A model generated the notes under the pieces. That model had not been told where the DNA came from. It made no database searches and was given only the letters and a program-made list of their open reading frames with translations. A stretch of 63,999 bases of DNA, filler included, from Catajapyx aquilonaris (lineage: Eukaryota): the NCBI GenBank assembly GCA_000934665.2. It is 3 parts of 3 records of this genome, joined end to end, with 100 filler letters (N's around TTAATTAATTAA, not from the genome) between each part and the next. Parts side by side here need not be neighbours in the genome. Positions count along the whole stretch, not along the records: positions 43,129 to 63,999 come from KZ539489.1; 2 more parts are not named here. One strand, written 5' to 3'. Of this stretch, positions 62,262 through 63,999 are shown in pieces. A program made the translations under genes and the position numbers. Every line of letters starts with the position of its first letter. The stretch's first letter is position 1.

Positions 62262-63300
62262 TGAAGGAAATGGAAGACAAGGGTGATAAGAATCCAGTGC
62301 TCCTTGCAAATGAACAGGGTGCTAATAGCGATGGCTTAGCTGATGGCGATTTCATTATTGTCATCCAAACTGAATTCCAACGTCGCATGATGGAAATGTT
62401 TGCACCAAGTAAGGTGGTATTTCTTGACGGAGCACATGGGACCAACAGCTATGATTTTCAGTTGATTTCTATTCTCGTAAGAGATGAGTTTGGTGAAGGT
62501 ATCCCAGTTGCCTGGTGCCTTAGTAACAGGGAAGACCAGGCCCTGTTGATTCAGTTTTTTCTTGCTGTGCATGCCAGAACTGGAGATATTGAACCTGCAT
62601 GTGTTAGGACTGATGGTGCTGATCAGTATTACAAGGCATGGAAGCACGTGTTCAAGGGTAATCCACGTGAGCTTCTGTGTGCATGGCATGTGGATAGAGC
62701 TCGGCAAGGTAAACTGCACATGATGAGAGATGAGGAGATTCGGCAAAAAACCTTACACATTTTTGCGTGCAGTTTTGGAAGCGAGTGATGTAGGGTCATT
62801 GCTACAGACTTGGAGCAGACGCTAACGCTAACATGAAGATAGAGGCATTCCATAAGATCCTCAAACACTGCTATTTGCACGGGATTCACAACCGCCGAAT
62901 CGACAAGCTCATTGACAGGCTTATGGGCATGCGGAATGGAACGGCTCACCAAAGGCAAGGTGACACATAAAATTCGACTGATAAGGTCGCGCCATAAGAA
63001 CAGCAACGGGATGGACATGAGCACAATTCGTACTGAAGGAGATAGATACACTGTACCTTCACAGTCAGGGTCAGGCATAGAGTATTCGGTAGAGCGAACA
63101 GGGGTGACTTGTGCATGATGCCAAGAAAGGTGTTCAGCATGTTCTATCTGTATCCATGAGTTCACTTGCACCTGCAAAGAACGACTCATTCTTGGTCTCA
63201 TCTGCAAGCATGTGCACCTGGTTTGCAGATTTATGGAGGGCAGTCCTGACCCAACAACTCCTGTTCCCTCTGTTGCTGCAGACCAGTACACAAATACTGG
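62262..63300 (+). pseudogene. MULE transposase fragment, copy 2, with SWIM zinc finger
   Basis: Close paralogue of 57026-57536, followed by CSACSICIHEFTCTCKERLILGLICKHVHLV. Confidence 0.9.
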
Positions 63301-63999
63301 AAATATAGCAGAAATCGTTCAGATGATTTCAAAAGTGGCTACTAGTTTGCAAACACAAGAGGAGCAGTTTGAAGCAGTTTGCTTGGGTCTCGGAGAACTG
63401 AGTCCAGGATCCCATCAAAAGGTGAAACTAAAGGAAGCATTTGAAAAAGCGGAGATGGGTCTCTCTTTTACGGACTCGTAAGGTCTTCCCTTAGAGGAGA
63501 TTATTGTGTCTGATGAGGTGTCATCAAAAACATACAGATTCAATGCCTCGCAAGACGAGGTTAGCCGTCTTCCAGCCCCGTAGTGACAGGGAGGACGGAT
63601 TTCATGAAGCTCAACAAGGAAGAAAAATATGTGATCCTGACAATCTTGTCCATAGTCGAATGTGGCAGCATCAGCCACGAGGCATGGACATCGCTATGCA
63701 CACATGTCCCACTCGACCAAAGTAGACACTGCTCTGTTTGAGAATAATGGTAAATGCTCGTAATGTAATGAAAGCTATAGAATGCGCTCTAATAACACAG
63801 CGCAACAAAAAAAAACTTTCGGCGTGTTATTCGGAAACCACTACGCACATCATGTTAGTAGGACCCAAAGTAGCTGGGAAACGCCAGGGATTTCTCTCCC
63901 AGAATCTGCAGTGGGTCAGGGTGACCAAAAATGCGAAAAATTCAAAATATTGACGTTTTTTGGCCTATTTCCAGGTCTGGCAACCACTGTAAGTTTCGG

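Overview
AT-rich, intron-containing arthropod-type eukaryotic DNA. Two N-padded TTAATTAATTAA linkers (about 21.5 kb and 43.1 kb) look artificial, so the window is probably three joined contigs. Segment 1 (1-21.5 kb) has two head-to-head host genes: a divergent ionotropic receptor (minus strand, 2 exons, 660 aa) and mitochondrial 4-aminobutyrate aminotransferase (ABAT/GABA-T, plus strand). Nine ABAT exons were traced; the last was not found. ABAT introns carry MITEs, SINEs and two RTE-X/Daphne-like LINE pieces, one with a 2A-like NPGP peptide. Segment 2 (21.6-43 kb) holds deeply nested MITE/mariner/hAT/SINE stacks in both orientations plus unexplained minus-strand ORFs. Segment 3 (43.1-64 kb) is the standout: at least 16 decayed coding fragments of hAT, pogo, Sola, R1, piggyBac, MULE, CACTA-like, Tc1, Academ-like, Gypsy and Polinton elements, all on the plus strand, often fused, with no SINE seen. 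This is the layout expected of a flamenco-like unistrand piRNA cluster, here built mostly from DNA transposons. All family assignments come from motif recognition by eye, not database searches.
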